In this document: one piece after another, positions 10,971 to 21,188 of the stretch
How the letters are laid out: each line of letters begins with the position of its first letter
Numbering within the stretch: the first letter of the stretch is position 1
Assembly: GCA_964019335.1 (NCBI GenBank)
Contig: OZ025731.1
Location: 124,001 to 188,000 of the forward strand
Reading direction: 5' to 3'
Length of the DNA stretch: 64,000 nucleotides
From: Diplonema japonicum
Taxonomy: Eukaryota; Protista; Euglenozoa: Diplonemea
Program-made: the position numbers and the translations under genes
Notes under the pieces: generated by a model
The model's database searches: none
The model's input: only the letters and a program-made list of their open reading frames with translations
Told to the model about the DNA's origin: nothing

Positions 10971-13072
10971 ATGGGGAAGAAGAAAGCACCAAAGGCGGCG
11001 GCGACAAAGCCAACAAAGGACGCCAAAAAAGAAAAAGAAGACACCACCGACACGGGGGCGGTTGCCAACTACGCCCCGCCAAATTACGACGAAAACGAGA
11101 GAAACATAAAGATACAGCGATTGGACATCAACTACCACGGGCACCACGTGTTGAAGGAGACGAAACTGGAACTCCTGCAAGGGAGAAGGTACGGCTTAAT
11201 AGGCCCAAACGGATGCGGAAAAAGCACCTTGATGAACGTATTGGGCGCAGGGGAGCTCGCACTCCCACCAAAGCTCGACTATTTCCATCTATCTCATGAG
11301 GTTGAGGCCACCGAAGAGACCGTCCTCGAGTGCGTCATGAAGGTTGATACAGAATGCGCTCGAATCGAACAAGAAATCGAAGAACTGCAAGAAAAAGACG
11401 ACGAAACCGAAGCAGCTGAACGCCTCACAGAACTGTACACTAGACTGGACGAATTGGAAGCGGAAACAGCAGAAAGCAGGGCGTCGCGAATATTATTCGG
11501 GCTTGGTTTCGATGCAACCATGCAGGCAAGACCATGCAGTTCGTACTCCGGCGGCTGGCGAATGCGCGTTGCACTGGCGCAGGTTCTTTTTCTCCGTCCC
11601 TCTCTCATGCTTCTGGACGAGCCGACAAACCACTTAGACATCGAAGCCGTTGTCTGGCTTGAAAACTACCTCAAATACTTCAAGGGAATCCTTCTCATGG
11701 TGTCTCATTCCCAGGACTTCATGAACTCAATCTGCACCAATATCATCCACATGCGTAACGGACGGCTCAACTATTACACAGGAAACTACGACCAGTATTG
11801 CATCACACGAGATGAGAAGGACGAGCACCAAGCAAAACGTCGCGCGTGGGAACAGGGACAGATGAAGTCAATGAAAGACTACATTGCACGGTTCGGCCAC
11901 GGCTCGAAAAAACTGGCGAGACAGGCGCAATCGAAGGAAAAAACACTGGAGAAAATGGTCCGTGGAGGCCTCACAGAGGCCATCTCTCGGGACACAAAGG
12001 TGAACTTCGTCTTCCCTGAGCCAGGGTACCTCCCGCCACCTGTCATCAAATTTGAAAACGTCCATTTTAAATACCCGAAAATGGACAAAGATCTGTACGA
12101 AAACGTAGAATTCGGGATCGATTTAGACAGCCACGTGTGTTTGGTCGGGCCGAACGGAGCGGGCAAAACGACGTTGCAAAAATTAATCACGGGTGAGCTG
12201 GAACCGACGAAGGGTTACGTTTCAAAGAACGGGCATTGCGTTGTTGCCAGATTCAATCAGCATTTCGTGGACCAGCTGGACATGAGCCTGACGCCGTTGC
12301 AATACATGCGACAGGAATACCCTGAGGTGAAGGAACCAGAGGTCATGCGTTCGTGGATAGGCAGGTTCGGCATCACAGGTTCCTTCCAAACTTCACCGAT
12401 AGCAACCCTCTCAGACGGCATGAAGTCAAGGGTGGTCCTGGCATGGATGGCACAGAGGGCCCCGCATGTTCTCCTTCTTGACGAGCCTACAAACCACTTG
12501 GACATGGACTCTATCGACGCCCTCGCCGAAGCTTTAAACGAATTTGAAGGCGCTGTTATTCTAGTTTCCCATGATATGCGCCTTATCGCACAGGCAGCTT
12601 CTGAAATTTGGATCTGCGACAACAATCATGTTGATAAATTTGAAGGCGACATCGCCGATTACAAAACGCTCATCGAGAAGCGGGTTGAAGAGGCGGAGAA
12701 CAAATACAAGCAGTCCAAGCAAAGCCCTAAGGAACGGGAAAAGAAGGATCGGGTGGCCAAACCGGCCGCCAAGAAAAAAGCCAACAAGCCTGCTCCAAAA
12801 GGCCCCGGAAAAGTTGTTTCCCTCTCGGCTGTTAAACCCGCCACGCTGAAACCGCCTACAAGCGGTTCAAGGCTGAAGGTTACCGTGAAAAAAGAATCTG
12901 GAAAAGGCATCGGGGTTGGTCTGGATGCGTACCCCCTCGAAGACGGGGAATTGGTGTTGGTCCTAGACAACGTTGCACCGGGTTCGGTAGGCGATAAACA
13001 TGGACTTACACCTTTGGTGGGATGTAGGATTGCTAACTTTGATGGAAATGCTATTACTAGGTATGTGTAGGG

Positions 13073-13114
<42 letters not shown>

Positions 13115-13204
13115 AGCCAAGAACACGCTGCGCAACTGGCTGCGTCTCTCAAGGAAGCCTGTAGTTTCGAACTTACCTTCACGGAGCTACCTGATGAGGA
13201 CTAA
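10971..13204 (+). CDS. ABCF2: ABC-F family ATPase (ABCF2-like) with C-terminal PDZ-like extension; intron 13061-13116
   Basis: Two NBDs (GPNGCGKS, GPNGAGKT, LLDEPTNHLD), no TM domains, YIARFGHGSKKLARQAQSKEK linker; splicing the GT..AG intron gives the ending SQEHAAQLAASLKEACSFELTFTELPDED*. Confidence 0.9.
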
Positions 13205-13281
13205 GCCCTCTCCCCCCTCTCTCTCTCTCTCTCTTTTTCTCTCCCATCCTTTACTTAAATAATACACGGGGTCGTACTTTG

Positions 13282-13319
<38 letters not shown>

Positions 13320-13622
13320 TCTGAATTTCTTTTTGTTTTAATCCCCGCCCTTCATCCCTCAACCGCCCAAAAAATTGACTTTAACATTGGAAAGAAAGAA
13401 AGGAACAAAGAAGGAAATCCTTGCCCACCATCCAACCCCCCCTCCCCAACCCGCCCCCCCACCCCGACGCGCTTTCTTTGTATTTCCCAGCTTAGCAAAA
13501 CGAGTGTCAGAAAACCTTCTTCTTCTTTTTTTTTTTTTTTTTTTCTTAAAAAGTTCCGCAAACTGTTTTCCTTGAAAATATGGTACGAAAGACACAAAAA
13601 ACAAAACAAAAAAAAAAAAAAA

Positions 13623-15287
13623 ATGGGCAGCGAACCGTCGAAGGAAGCGACCACCTTGGAGACGCTGCAAGAAATGTGCAAGGCCGGGAGTTTGAGCGAC
13701 GGCGGCGGAGGGTGGGCGATGCACAAGAGATACAAGGAAATGAACAAGATGGTGGAGAAGAACAGGCTGGAGTACCTCCGGTGCGGCGGCGTCGCGGCCA
13801 CCGTAGCTTTGATGCTCTCCCGACCGGAAGACGAAGAGCTCCAAGAATTCTGCTTGGGGGTGGTCGGTAAGGCAAGACCCGACATCCACCAAGTCGCCCT
13901 CGGATGGAAACCCATCATCGCCGCAGTCAAAACATTCCCCACAAACAACACCATCCAAGAAGTCGGCACGTTCCTTCTACTAAGGGCAAGCCTCACCCCC
14001 GAAATGGAAGGGGAAACCTTAGATGAAATCACACTATTAAATACCTCCGCCGACATCCTTGCAGAAGGTGTAGACGGGTCTAGACAAAGCACCTTAGAAG
14101 CGGACGATATGACGCCAGATGGTTCTTCCCTGTGCGGGGAAGTCATCGACGCGTTGCAGAAACACCCTTCCCAGCATGATGTTGTGACCGAACTGAGGTT
14201 TAAAACGTTGGCATTAACCTCGCACTTCATCGCTCCAAGGGACGCAGGAGAGATTTTAAAGACGTTGAGAGGGGTTCTGTCTCAACCGAAAAGCTCTCGA
14301 AAAATAATGTTGTCGTCCCTCTTCGCGATGCAGAGAATGTACCAGTCGGCACAGCTCCATGTGTACAACAAGGACATCGAACTATTACTGGCGATTATAG
14401 ATGATCTTCCTCATGATGTTGAGACGCTCACGAGAATTATCCGGGTCATGGAATCGTTCGCACACACACCGTCCGCACCGGGGCTTCTCCCACGAATCTT
14501 ACAAAAATGCAAGGCTACGATGGACCACCACCCGGAAGCCCACGAACCAACGTTGGATCTTCTCAACGCGTATTCAAAGCACTGTGCTTCCATACTTTAC
14601 CAAGACCGGGGTTCCGTTATTGAAATCGCCTGCGCGGCCATGATGGGAACGGACCCCGTGTGCGTTGAAAAAGCGTGGGGTTTCGTCAAGGAAATTGTAA
14701 CATCTCCGGATTTGACCCCGTTGCTGGCGAAGGGTGGTGCGTCTCAGGTTAGTGAAGCGTTTTGTCAGACAGACCTGCGCTTGACCAGTATTTTGTTGGA
14801 TGGGATCGAAGGATGGGACGCGACATGTTTTTCCGAAAGCGATCTCAAAAGATTCGTCGACGGTCTGTGCCGTTACGCAACAGACACCACAGTTCGGGAG
14901 GAGAAGAGAACCGGCAGGTTGTGTCACTACCCCAACCCCGATGTTTCAAAGGTTTTGCAAATTCTAACCGTATGGGCTGAAACCCATTTTATCCCAGCCT
15001 CTGTACATGAACCTATCCTCCCGCTTGTCGAGCACCTTTTTCTGACCTGTCCTGCAGTGTACGATCGGCCTGCTATGAAGCTGTTGCTGGTGTTGTCGTT
15101 GCCCCACTCGGTGCCCCGTGTTCATATCCTGTTTTGTATTTGTTATACCCGTGAGCAGACCTATTGGTTTCCTGACAGAGTCCTGATGAGGATGGTCAAG
15201 GAACAAGCTGCTACTGTCCCCCGTGACAGGTCTGATACCTGGTCACCTGGGAAGGATTTTCAAGATTATGTTTATGGGAAGCAGTAG
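13623..15287 (+). CDS. Hypothetical helical (ARM/HEAT-like) protein
   Basis: 554-aa ORF with coding-like composition after an A-rich leader; no diagnostic motif recognised. Confidence 0.65.
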   Translation: MGSEPSKEATTLETLQEMCKAGSLSDGGGGWAMHKRYKEMNKMVEKNRLEYLRCGGVAATVALMLSRPEDEELQEFCLGVVGKARPDIHQVALGWKPIIAAVKTFPTNNTIQEVGTFLLLRASLTPEMEGETLDEITLLNTSADILAEGVDGSRQSTLEADDMTPDGSSLCGEVIDALQKHPSQHDVVTELRFKTLALTSHFIAPRDAGEILKTLRGVLSQPKSSRKIMLSSLFAMQRMYQSAQLHVYNKDIELLLAIIDDLPHDVETLTRIIRVMESFAHTPSAPGLLPRILQKCKATMDHHPEAHEPTLDLLNAYSKHCASILYQDRGSVIEIACAAMMGTDPVCVEKAWGFVKEIVTSPDLTPLLAKGGASQVSEAFCQTDLRLTSILLDGIEGWDATCFSESDLKRFVDGLCRYATDTTVREEKRTGRLCHYPNPDVSKVLQILTVWAETHFIPASVHEPILPLVEHLFLTCPAVYDRPAMKLLLVLSLPHSVPRVHILFCICYTREQTYWFPDRVLMRMVKEQAATVPRDRSDTWSPGKDFQDYVYGKQ

Positions 15288-15626
15288 AACCTTTTTTTGT
15301 GATAAAAAAAAAGTTTTTTTTTTTTTTTTTTTTTTTATACACACCAAAATTGCACACTTGCCTTATTCATTTCTGATGTACTATAGAAAATTTCTCTTTT
15401 TTTTCCCCCCCCTATATTTTTATATCTTTTTTTTGTTTCCCAACAAAGCCCCCTCCACACACCCCCCCCAAAAAAAATCTTGCCTTCTTTTTTTCTCTCT
15501 CTTTCTCGTTCTCTCTTCCCCCATTCTTTCGTATTTTTTTTCTGTTTTATGCTTTTTTCTTTTTTTTTTTTTATCACCTACCATTTTTTTTTTTTTTTTG
15601 CGGAGGGGGAGGAAAGAAGGGGTTTA

Positions 15627-16269
15627 ATGTCATGGGGAAACAACAACATCGATGAGTTTGGTAAAGACCCCGAGTGGGACAGTGGGGATGAGGGACCGAC
15701 CCTGTTGGAGAAGGGGGCGACGGGACTGTGTGATCTGGAAGGTGAAGTTGCGGTACCGAGAATACCGGCAGCTACCCTGGTGCCATTGGAGAAGAAGAAA
15801 GGCTCGGCTTGGGAAAGATGCGTTGCTCAAACCCCTACCCACGTCACCAGGGGGTGGTGCTCTCTTAACACAACTCCCATTGCACCCACACCTGTTCTTG
15901 TTGATCAGCACGTAGATGTACTTACTGTCCCTTCTACAGTCTTGAACCTCATAGCTGGATGTGTATCCGCCCTTCTCTCTACTACACGGCGTGCTGAGAA
16001 CCAGTCTAGGCTACAGCAACAGGCAGTCCTCTTCCTCCAACAGCAACAACAACTTCAGCTTCAGCTTCAGCAGCAACAGCAACAATTCCAATTCCCGCAG
16101 CACCCATGGACAGGGATGCCCGCGTACGGTCAGCAGCCTTTCCAACCCCTGTTACCAATGCAGCCGGGTGCAGGCCTCTATGTTCCCATCCAAGATTGCA
16201 GGTATTTCTTTTTTTTTTTTTTTGGTGGGTAGCAGGGAACGACCCCAAAAGGGGAGCATCATAAGGTAG
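15627..16269 (+). CDS. Hypothetical Gln-rich protein; probable intron 16202-16232
   Basis: ATG at 15627, poly-Q segment, short T-rich GT..AG intron before a final 12-codon exon. Confidence 0.55.
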
Positions 16270-16334
16270 GCACGCCATGGCGGGCCGTTGCTAACCACTT
16301 CGTTCCTATCATAGTGAATTTTTTTTTTTTCCTT

Positions 16335-16413
16335 GTGATTACAACCTTACGTTCGTTATATTTTTTTTCATTGACACAAACCACGTGAAAACTTATTATG
16401 GTCGAGATCATGA
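16335..16413 (+). ncRNA. Box C/D snoRNA family D (non-canonical boxes; other copies 25959-26037, 28950-29026)
   Basis: GTGATTA...ATGA/TTGA closed by a TCCTT/AAGGA stem; guide TTATGGTCGAGA is antisense to the conserved SSU ...ACCAUAA region. Confidence 0.6.
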
Positions 16414-16474
16414 AGGACAGCACACGCCTTTTCTTTTCTCTTCCCTTTCTTCCCTTCCCTCCTGTTGTTTTGAG

Positions 16475-16589
16475 GTGATGATACCTGGACTCTACCGCCC
16501 TAGCCAATCTGAAGATCTTCAAACAATCGCTTGCTGAGCAACGATTCCTATCAAATACCCTACCTGACTTCTGATCGCAGGGGTTCTGA
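16475..16589 (+). ncRNA. Box C/D snoRNA family E (second copy 26099-26213)
   Basis: GTGATGA C box, internal and terminal CTGA; conserved in two arrays; target uncertain. Confidence 0.65.
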
Positions 16590-16678
16590 AGAGTTTTTTT
16601 TTGCTTCGTTGCGCGCTTAACGCCACCTAGTGTTGCAATCAAAGCCCTTTTTTTTTTTCTCTTTTTAGACACAACCAC

Positions 16679-16763
16679 ATGATGACAAACCCAAACCCAT
16701 CGGTGTGTACGAATTCTGATCTTCTGAATTGAGGACAACTTCTTCTTTCGACGGGCGGACTGA
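16679..16763 (+). ncRNA. Box C/D snoRNA family A (snR70/SNORD43-like; SSU Cm at the E. coli C1402 equivalent)
   Basis: ATGATGA...CTGA; D guide CGACGGGCGG pairs with SSU CCGCCCGUCG and the +5 rule gives C1402; D' guide CGGTGTGTAC pairs with GUACACACCG. Confidence 0.9.
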
Positions 16764-16823
16764 CCTACCAAAAGAAACGAGCAAAGGAAAAGAACCCCGT
16801 GACACGATCCGCGGTTCAAGAAT

Positions 16824-16886
16824 CAAGGCAGATGCTCTGTTCTGCTTTGTTTCCACCCCCGCTGTAGAACAGCTGTCTTGACATTT
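16824..16886 (+). ncRNA. Single-hairpin ACA-box RNA candidate, family F (copies near 17967 and 28706; partial near 25353 and 25727)
   Basis: Nested stems CAAGGCAG/CTGTCTTG and CTGTTCTGC/GTAGAACAG followed by ACA+3 nt, inside a snoRNA array. Confidence 0.45.
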
Positions 16887-16908
16887 CTTTTTTTTAAAAA
16901 AAATCCAA

Positions 16909-17020
16909 ATGATGACAGAAATCTGGATCCAACACGGACGGCCCCCTTTTTTTAAAAAAAAAAAAGGGTACCGGCTGAAAGATAAACCCTTATTTCAAAA
17001 TACGAGCTTTTTAACCCTGA
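16909..17020 (+). ncRNA. Box C/D snoRNA family B1 (snR47/SNORD36-like SSU Am site)
   Basis: ATGATGA...CTGA; guide TACGAGCTTTTTAAC is antisense to SSU GUUAAAAAGCUCGUA. Confidence 0.9.
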
Positions 17021-17109
17021 TATTACATAAGTTTTTTTTTTTCCCCCCGAGGAGGGTGAGCGAGGGGCCGAGGCCACACCACAACATCAAGAAGTAGATT
17101 GTTGTTAAC

Positions 17110-17190
17110 ATGATGAGGACTATTCCTTCAAACGTTTCCTGTTAGCTTGATCGACCAAGATGACACATTTTAACACTCAGCTCACTCTGA
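17110..17190 (+). ncRNA. Box C/D snoRNA family C (snR71-like; LSU Am at the yeast A2946 equivalent)
   Basis: ATGATGA...CTGA; D guide CAGCTCAC pairs with LSU GUGAGCUG; D' guide ACGTTTCCTGTTAG pairs with the adjacent CUAAyAGGrAACGU. Confidence 0.88.
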
Positions 17191-17216
17191 TGATTTGGGA
17201 GGAGAGAAGAAGAAAC

Positions 17217-17329
17217 ATGATGACAGAAATCTGGATCCAACACGGACGACCCCCTTTTTTTTAAAAAAAAAAATGGGCCCGGCTGAAAGATAAACCCTTA
17301 TTTCAAAACCGAGCTTTTTAACAGCCTGA
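17217..17329 (+). ncRNA. Box C/D snoRNA family B2 (shifted guide)
   Basis: Same body as B1 but ends CGAGCTTTTTAACAGC-CTGA. Confidence 0.88.
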
Positions 17330-17388
17330 TTCACTTTCTCTCTTTTTTTTTTTTTTTTTTTTTGTTGAAGACACCAAGCAGCAAACAC

Positions 17389-17473
17389 ATGATGACAAAC
17401 CCAAACCCATCGGTGTGTACGAATTCTGATCTTCTGAATTGAGGACAACTTCTTCTTTCGACGGGCGGACTGA
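17389..17473 (+). ncRNA. Box C/D snoRNA family A copy
   Basis: Matches 16679-16763. Confidence 0.88.
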
Positions 17474-17539
17474 TCTACCAAATATTGCCTATTGTTTTGT
17501 TTGGTGACAAAACGAAAAGGGGAAAAAAAAGGGGGGGAA

Positions 17540-17637
17540 ATGATGACAGAAATCTGGATCCAACACGGACGGCCCTTAAAAAAGGCTTTGGTTGAAGACA
17601 AACACCTATTTCAAAAATACGAGCTTTTTAACCCTGA
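17540..17637 (+). ncRNA. Box C/D snoRNA family B1 copy (diverged middle)
   Basis: C box, B1 guide and D box retained. Confidence 0.8.
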
Positions 17638-17681
17638 TGCCCAGTTGTATGTTTGAAAGAGAGAGAGAAAAAAAAAAAAAA

Positions 17682-17762
17682 ATGATGAGGACTATTCCTT
17701 CAAACGTTTCCTGTTAGCTTGATCGACCAAGATGACACATTTTAACACTCAGCTCACTCTGA
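17682..17762 (+). ncRNA. Box C/D snoRNA family C copy
   Basis: Matches 17110-17190. Confidence 0.87.
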
Positions 17763-17821
17763 TTTTCTTTTTTTAAATTATGATCCCCCCGGTTTTTTTT
17801 ACCCTAGTTTAGACCAAACAC

Positions 17822-17906
17822 ATGATGACAAACCCAAACCCATCGGTGTGTACGAATTCTGATCTTCTGAATTGAGGACAACTTCTTCTTTCGACGGGCG
17901 GACTGA
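17822..17906 (+). ncRNA. Box C/D snoRNA family A copy
   Basis: Matches 16679-16763. Confidence 0.88.
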
Positions 17907-18052
17907 TCTACCAAAAGAAACGAGCAAAGGAAAGAAACCCCGTGACACGATCCGCGGTTCAAGAATCAAGGCAGATGCTCTGTTCTGCTTTGTTTCCACC
18001 CCCGCTGTAGAACAGCTGTCTTGACTGTTCTTTTTTTTTAAAAAAAATCCAA

Positions 18053-18163
18053 ATGATGACAGAAATCTGGATCCAACACGGACGGTCCCCTTTTTTTTAA
18101 AAAAAAAAGGGTACCGGCTGAAAGATAAACCCTTATTTCAAAATACGAGCTTTTTAACCCTGA
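18053..18163 (+). ncRNA. Box C/D snoRNA family B1 copy
   Basis: Boxes and guide as in 16909-17020. Confidence 0.88.
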
Positions 18164-18277
18164 TATTTGACATAAATTTTTTAAGTGGGCCGTTGCTAAC
18201 CACCTCGTTTCCTATCATAGTGATTTTTTTTTTTGTTTTTTTGTTTTGTTTTTTTTTCTTTTCTTTTTGTTGTTTGC

Positions 18278-18358
18278 ATGATGAGGACTATTCCTTCAAA
18301 CGTTTCCTGTTAGCTTGATCGACCAAGATGACACATTTTAACACTCAGCTCACTCTGA
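18278..18358 (+). ncRNA. Box C/D snoRNA family C copy
   Basis: Matches 17110-17190. Confidence 0.87.
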
Positions 18359-19164
18359 CAATTTGGGCCGAGAAAAAAAAAGAAAAAAAGAAGAAGAAGA
18401 AAAAAAAATCCCCCCCCAACAGGCAAATGATCACCGTAGGAGGTAACCTCCTTCAAAACCTACCAGCACCTACATTCAACAAGCCGGAGTAGCGGGAGCG
18501 AGAGAACATTTCATTACCTTGGTGGAGAGGCAAAAAGAAGAAGGGGAAAAAAAGTTCAGTTTCGGTTTGATGCATTGCCCCCCTCCTCCCCCCCCCCCCC
18601 CCCCCCTTCTTTTCTCTTGAGTAACGACACCCCCTCTTTTTTTTCTCCGGTCTTCCTTCTTATTTCATACAAGGAACAGACTCCGTCCAAAGGTACAAGA
18701 ATAGCAAAACCCCAGTTGTCAAATCATGAATCATAGAAGGAGACACCTTTTTTTTTTTTTTTTAATTTTTTTTTTTTTATTATTCAACTGGTCCTGCAGT
18801 GGTGAAGAAGAGTGAACGCTCCTCGATTTTCTTTAATCTTTATCAAAGAGGACATCTCTCTTTTTTTTCTTTTCTTTTCTTCTTTTGTGTTCCTCTCTAG
18901 TCTTTCTTCCCCTCTTCTCTTTGTTTTGCTTTCTTCAACTCTATGCATACCATGCCAAGGGGGTGTGGGGAGGAAGGCAAGCGACATGTCGTGCAAATGC
19001 TTAGATTTGTGCAACTGGTTTTGCCTAAGTTCTCGGGTTCAGTCTTGTGCCATTTTTACCCGATTTAGTTTTGTGAACTAGTTTTTTTGTTTTTTCCCCA
19101 TCAGGGATTTGCATAGGAGTTACCAAAGAGGGGGAAGGGAAGCTTAAAAATAGGTTTCTTTCTC

Positions 19165-19195
<31 letters not shown>

Positions 19196-19279
19196 ACGTT
19201 TTTTTTTTTTTTTTTTTAAACCCTACCCACCCCCTGTCCATTCCACTCCCCACTGAGTGCTAGCTGGTTGGAAAAAAAA

Positions 19280-19853
19280 TAACTATTTATTGCCAACAAA
19301 TTATGAGTCATTATTTAACTCGAGTTCCCGAATTTTTTGCACGAGGGCCCGCAGGGCCCTCGTGCAAAAAAACGGGTAACGAGAGTTAAATAATGGCTCA
19401 TTTGGCGGCAAGTAAGTCGTTTTATTTCACTCTTCGTCATTTGAGTCACTCACTCTTCACTGCTTTCACTGCTGTTTTTTTTCACGCAGGTCAGCCTTTT
19501 TGGGGAGTTTCCTAAGGTAATATGGGGTTGCTATTTCGCCGTGGCATTTAAAGGGGAAGTAAGGCACTTATTCCCACTTTTAAGGGCTGGAATGGCCTCA
19601 GATGGCCAAAAATAGTCAAAATACCCCCACCCCAAAAAAATTTTTCAAGGGGTTGGGTGCATTTTTTTCCACGGCGAGACTCATTTTTCCACTCTGAAGG
19701 GCCATTATTTCACTCTGAAGGGCCATTATTTAACTGCAAAATCTCATTATTTAACTAGTTAAATAATGGCGATTTCGCGTTAAATAATGGCCATTTCGCG
19801 TTAAATAATGAGGCCCCTAGTGAGTGAAGAAAATGACGAAGAGTGAAATAAAA
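19280..19853. mobile_element. Non-autonomous DNA element with terminal hairpin and subterminal inverted repeats (Crypton-like architecture)
   Basis: About 100-bp palindrome 19303-19401 with a perfect 18-bp core; perfect 23-bp inverted repeat 19420-19442/19831-19853; internal CCATTATTT/AAATAATGG repeats; related copy near 63.2-63.9 kb. Confidence 0.6.
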
Positions 19854-19889
19854 AAAAAAAAAAATCTTTTTATTTTATGTGGGGTCGTG

Positions 19890-20290
19890 TCCCAGTACCT
19901 GAACCCGCTGCAACAATGGTTGTCACAACTGCGCTGGGTGGAGAAGGACACCACCTCGGAGGTGTCGGCGGTGGAGCTGGCCATTGACTTCGAATGGACG
20001 ACCGGTAAATTGGGAGGCCTGCCGGAAGATAGGGCACGCAGAATCAAAGCCCTCATCGTAAAGACAAACACAGCATGCAGGGCACGGAAGAAGCGACGAA
20101 AAGGGTGAAATCCTCGTCGCCATAGGAGGTAAGGCAGCTATAGGCTTCTCCAGGAGGCCCATTTTTTTGCTACCGACAAGCTGATGGATTTGAAGGCCGC
20201 CTACAAGCGGGACCGCATCACTCGACTTCAAGACGCTCACGGCCTCGATCGGGATGAAAGCAATGCTCAAGAAGGGGAGTATTAACAGAT
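19890..20290 (+). pseudogene. Decayed coding fragment, possibly the 3' end of a non-LTR retrotransposon ORF
   Basis: GC-rich island reading WLSQLRW...VSAVELAIDFEWTTG and, after a frame change, GFSRRPIF; resembles protist LINE C-termini (from recall). Confidence 0.35.
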
Positions 20291-20558
20291 AGACCCCCCC
20301 CCCTCCCATAGGGCGGCCCTCTAGCGGGGGCTTGTCCTGTACTTTGAGTTTTTATCTTATTCGTCATTCTTCTTTATTTTGAGTAATAATAGATGTGTGT
20401 CCCAATGAAAAAATCCCCTTTTCCCCGAATCTACGGTTTTATTTTCTTTATTATCGTATCAGTTACTTAAAAGAAAAAGAAAAAAGGAAAAGAAAAAGAA
20501 ACGCCGCACAAACTAATTCTGGAGAAAACAAAAAAAAAAAAAATGAGAATTTGAACCC

Positions 20559-20965
20559 CACACTCACGCTATTCCTCGAGAGGGCTTTTCCTCTCGAGTC
20601 TGCCCCCAAATGAGGGGGAGAAAAAAAAAAGGGAGGGGGGGGAAATACATTCATATTCTCCTTTTTCCATAAATTCGCTGTCTTTTCCCTTCTCTCATGC
20701 ATTGCATGAACTCAAGATTTTTCTTTGCAGACAAGGAAAAAAAAAAAAAGAAAAAGAAAAAAAGAGCCTAACCTTGAGTAATTTGAGCAATCTGTCCAGG
20801 GAAGTGTTTTTTTTTTTTTTTCTTTTTTTCTTTTTTTCTTTTTTAACCCACAACCCCTTCACAGCCAAGGCAAAAGATTCAAAAACTTATAAATGAAGAA
20901 AAAGAGAATGAGAAAAAAAAATAGAACTAGAACGGAGAGGGACACGGGCATCTTAGTGCAAACCA
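20559..20965 (+). repeat. Degenerate tandem duplicate of the upstream region and 5' end of PSMG3
   Basis: Colinear similarity to about 21010-21380 (CTCACGCTATTCCTCGAGAGGGCT, ACCCACAACCCCTTCAC, GAGAGGGACACGG). Confidence 0.75.
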
Positions 20966-21188
20966 TTCCCCCTCTTCTGTCCGTTCTCGAGCCCCCCCCC
21001 CCCCCCCCCTCACTCACGCTATTCCTCGAGAGGGCTGGGGGAAAAAAAAAGGGGGGGTATACATTCATATTCTCCTTTCCTTTCTTTTCACATATATTCG
21101 CTATTTTTTTTGTTTTCTTCCCGCATAGGGCATGGGGAACAATTCAAGATTTTTTTTTCTTTGCAGACAAAAAGAAAAGAAAAAAAAA

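Noticed and set aside
16300-18400. Interspersed repeats resembling a CRISPR array
   Set aside because: Units are 80-115 nt, belong to several families, carry C/D boxes and rRNA antisense guides; no cas genes and the context is eukaryotic
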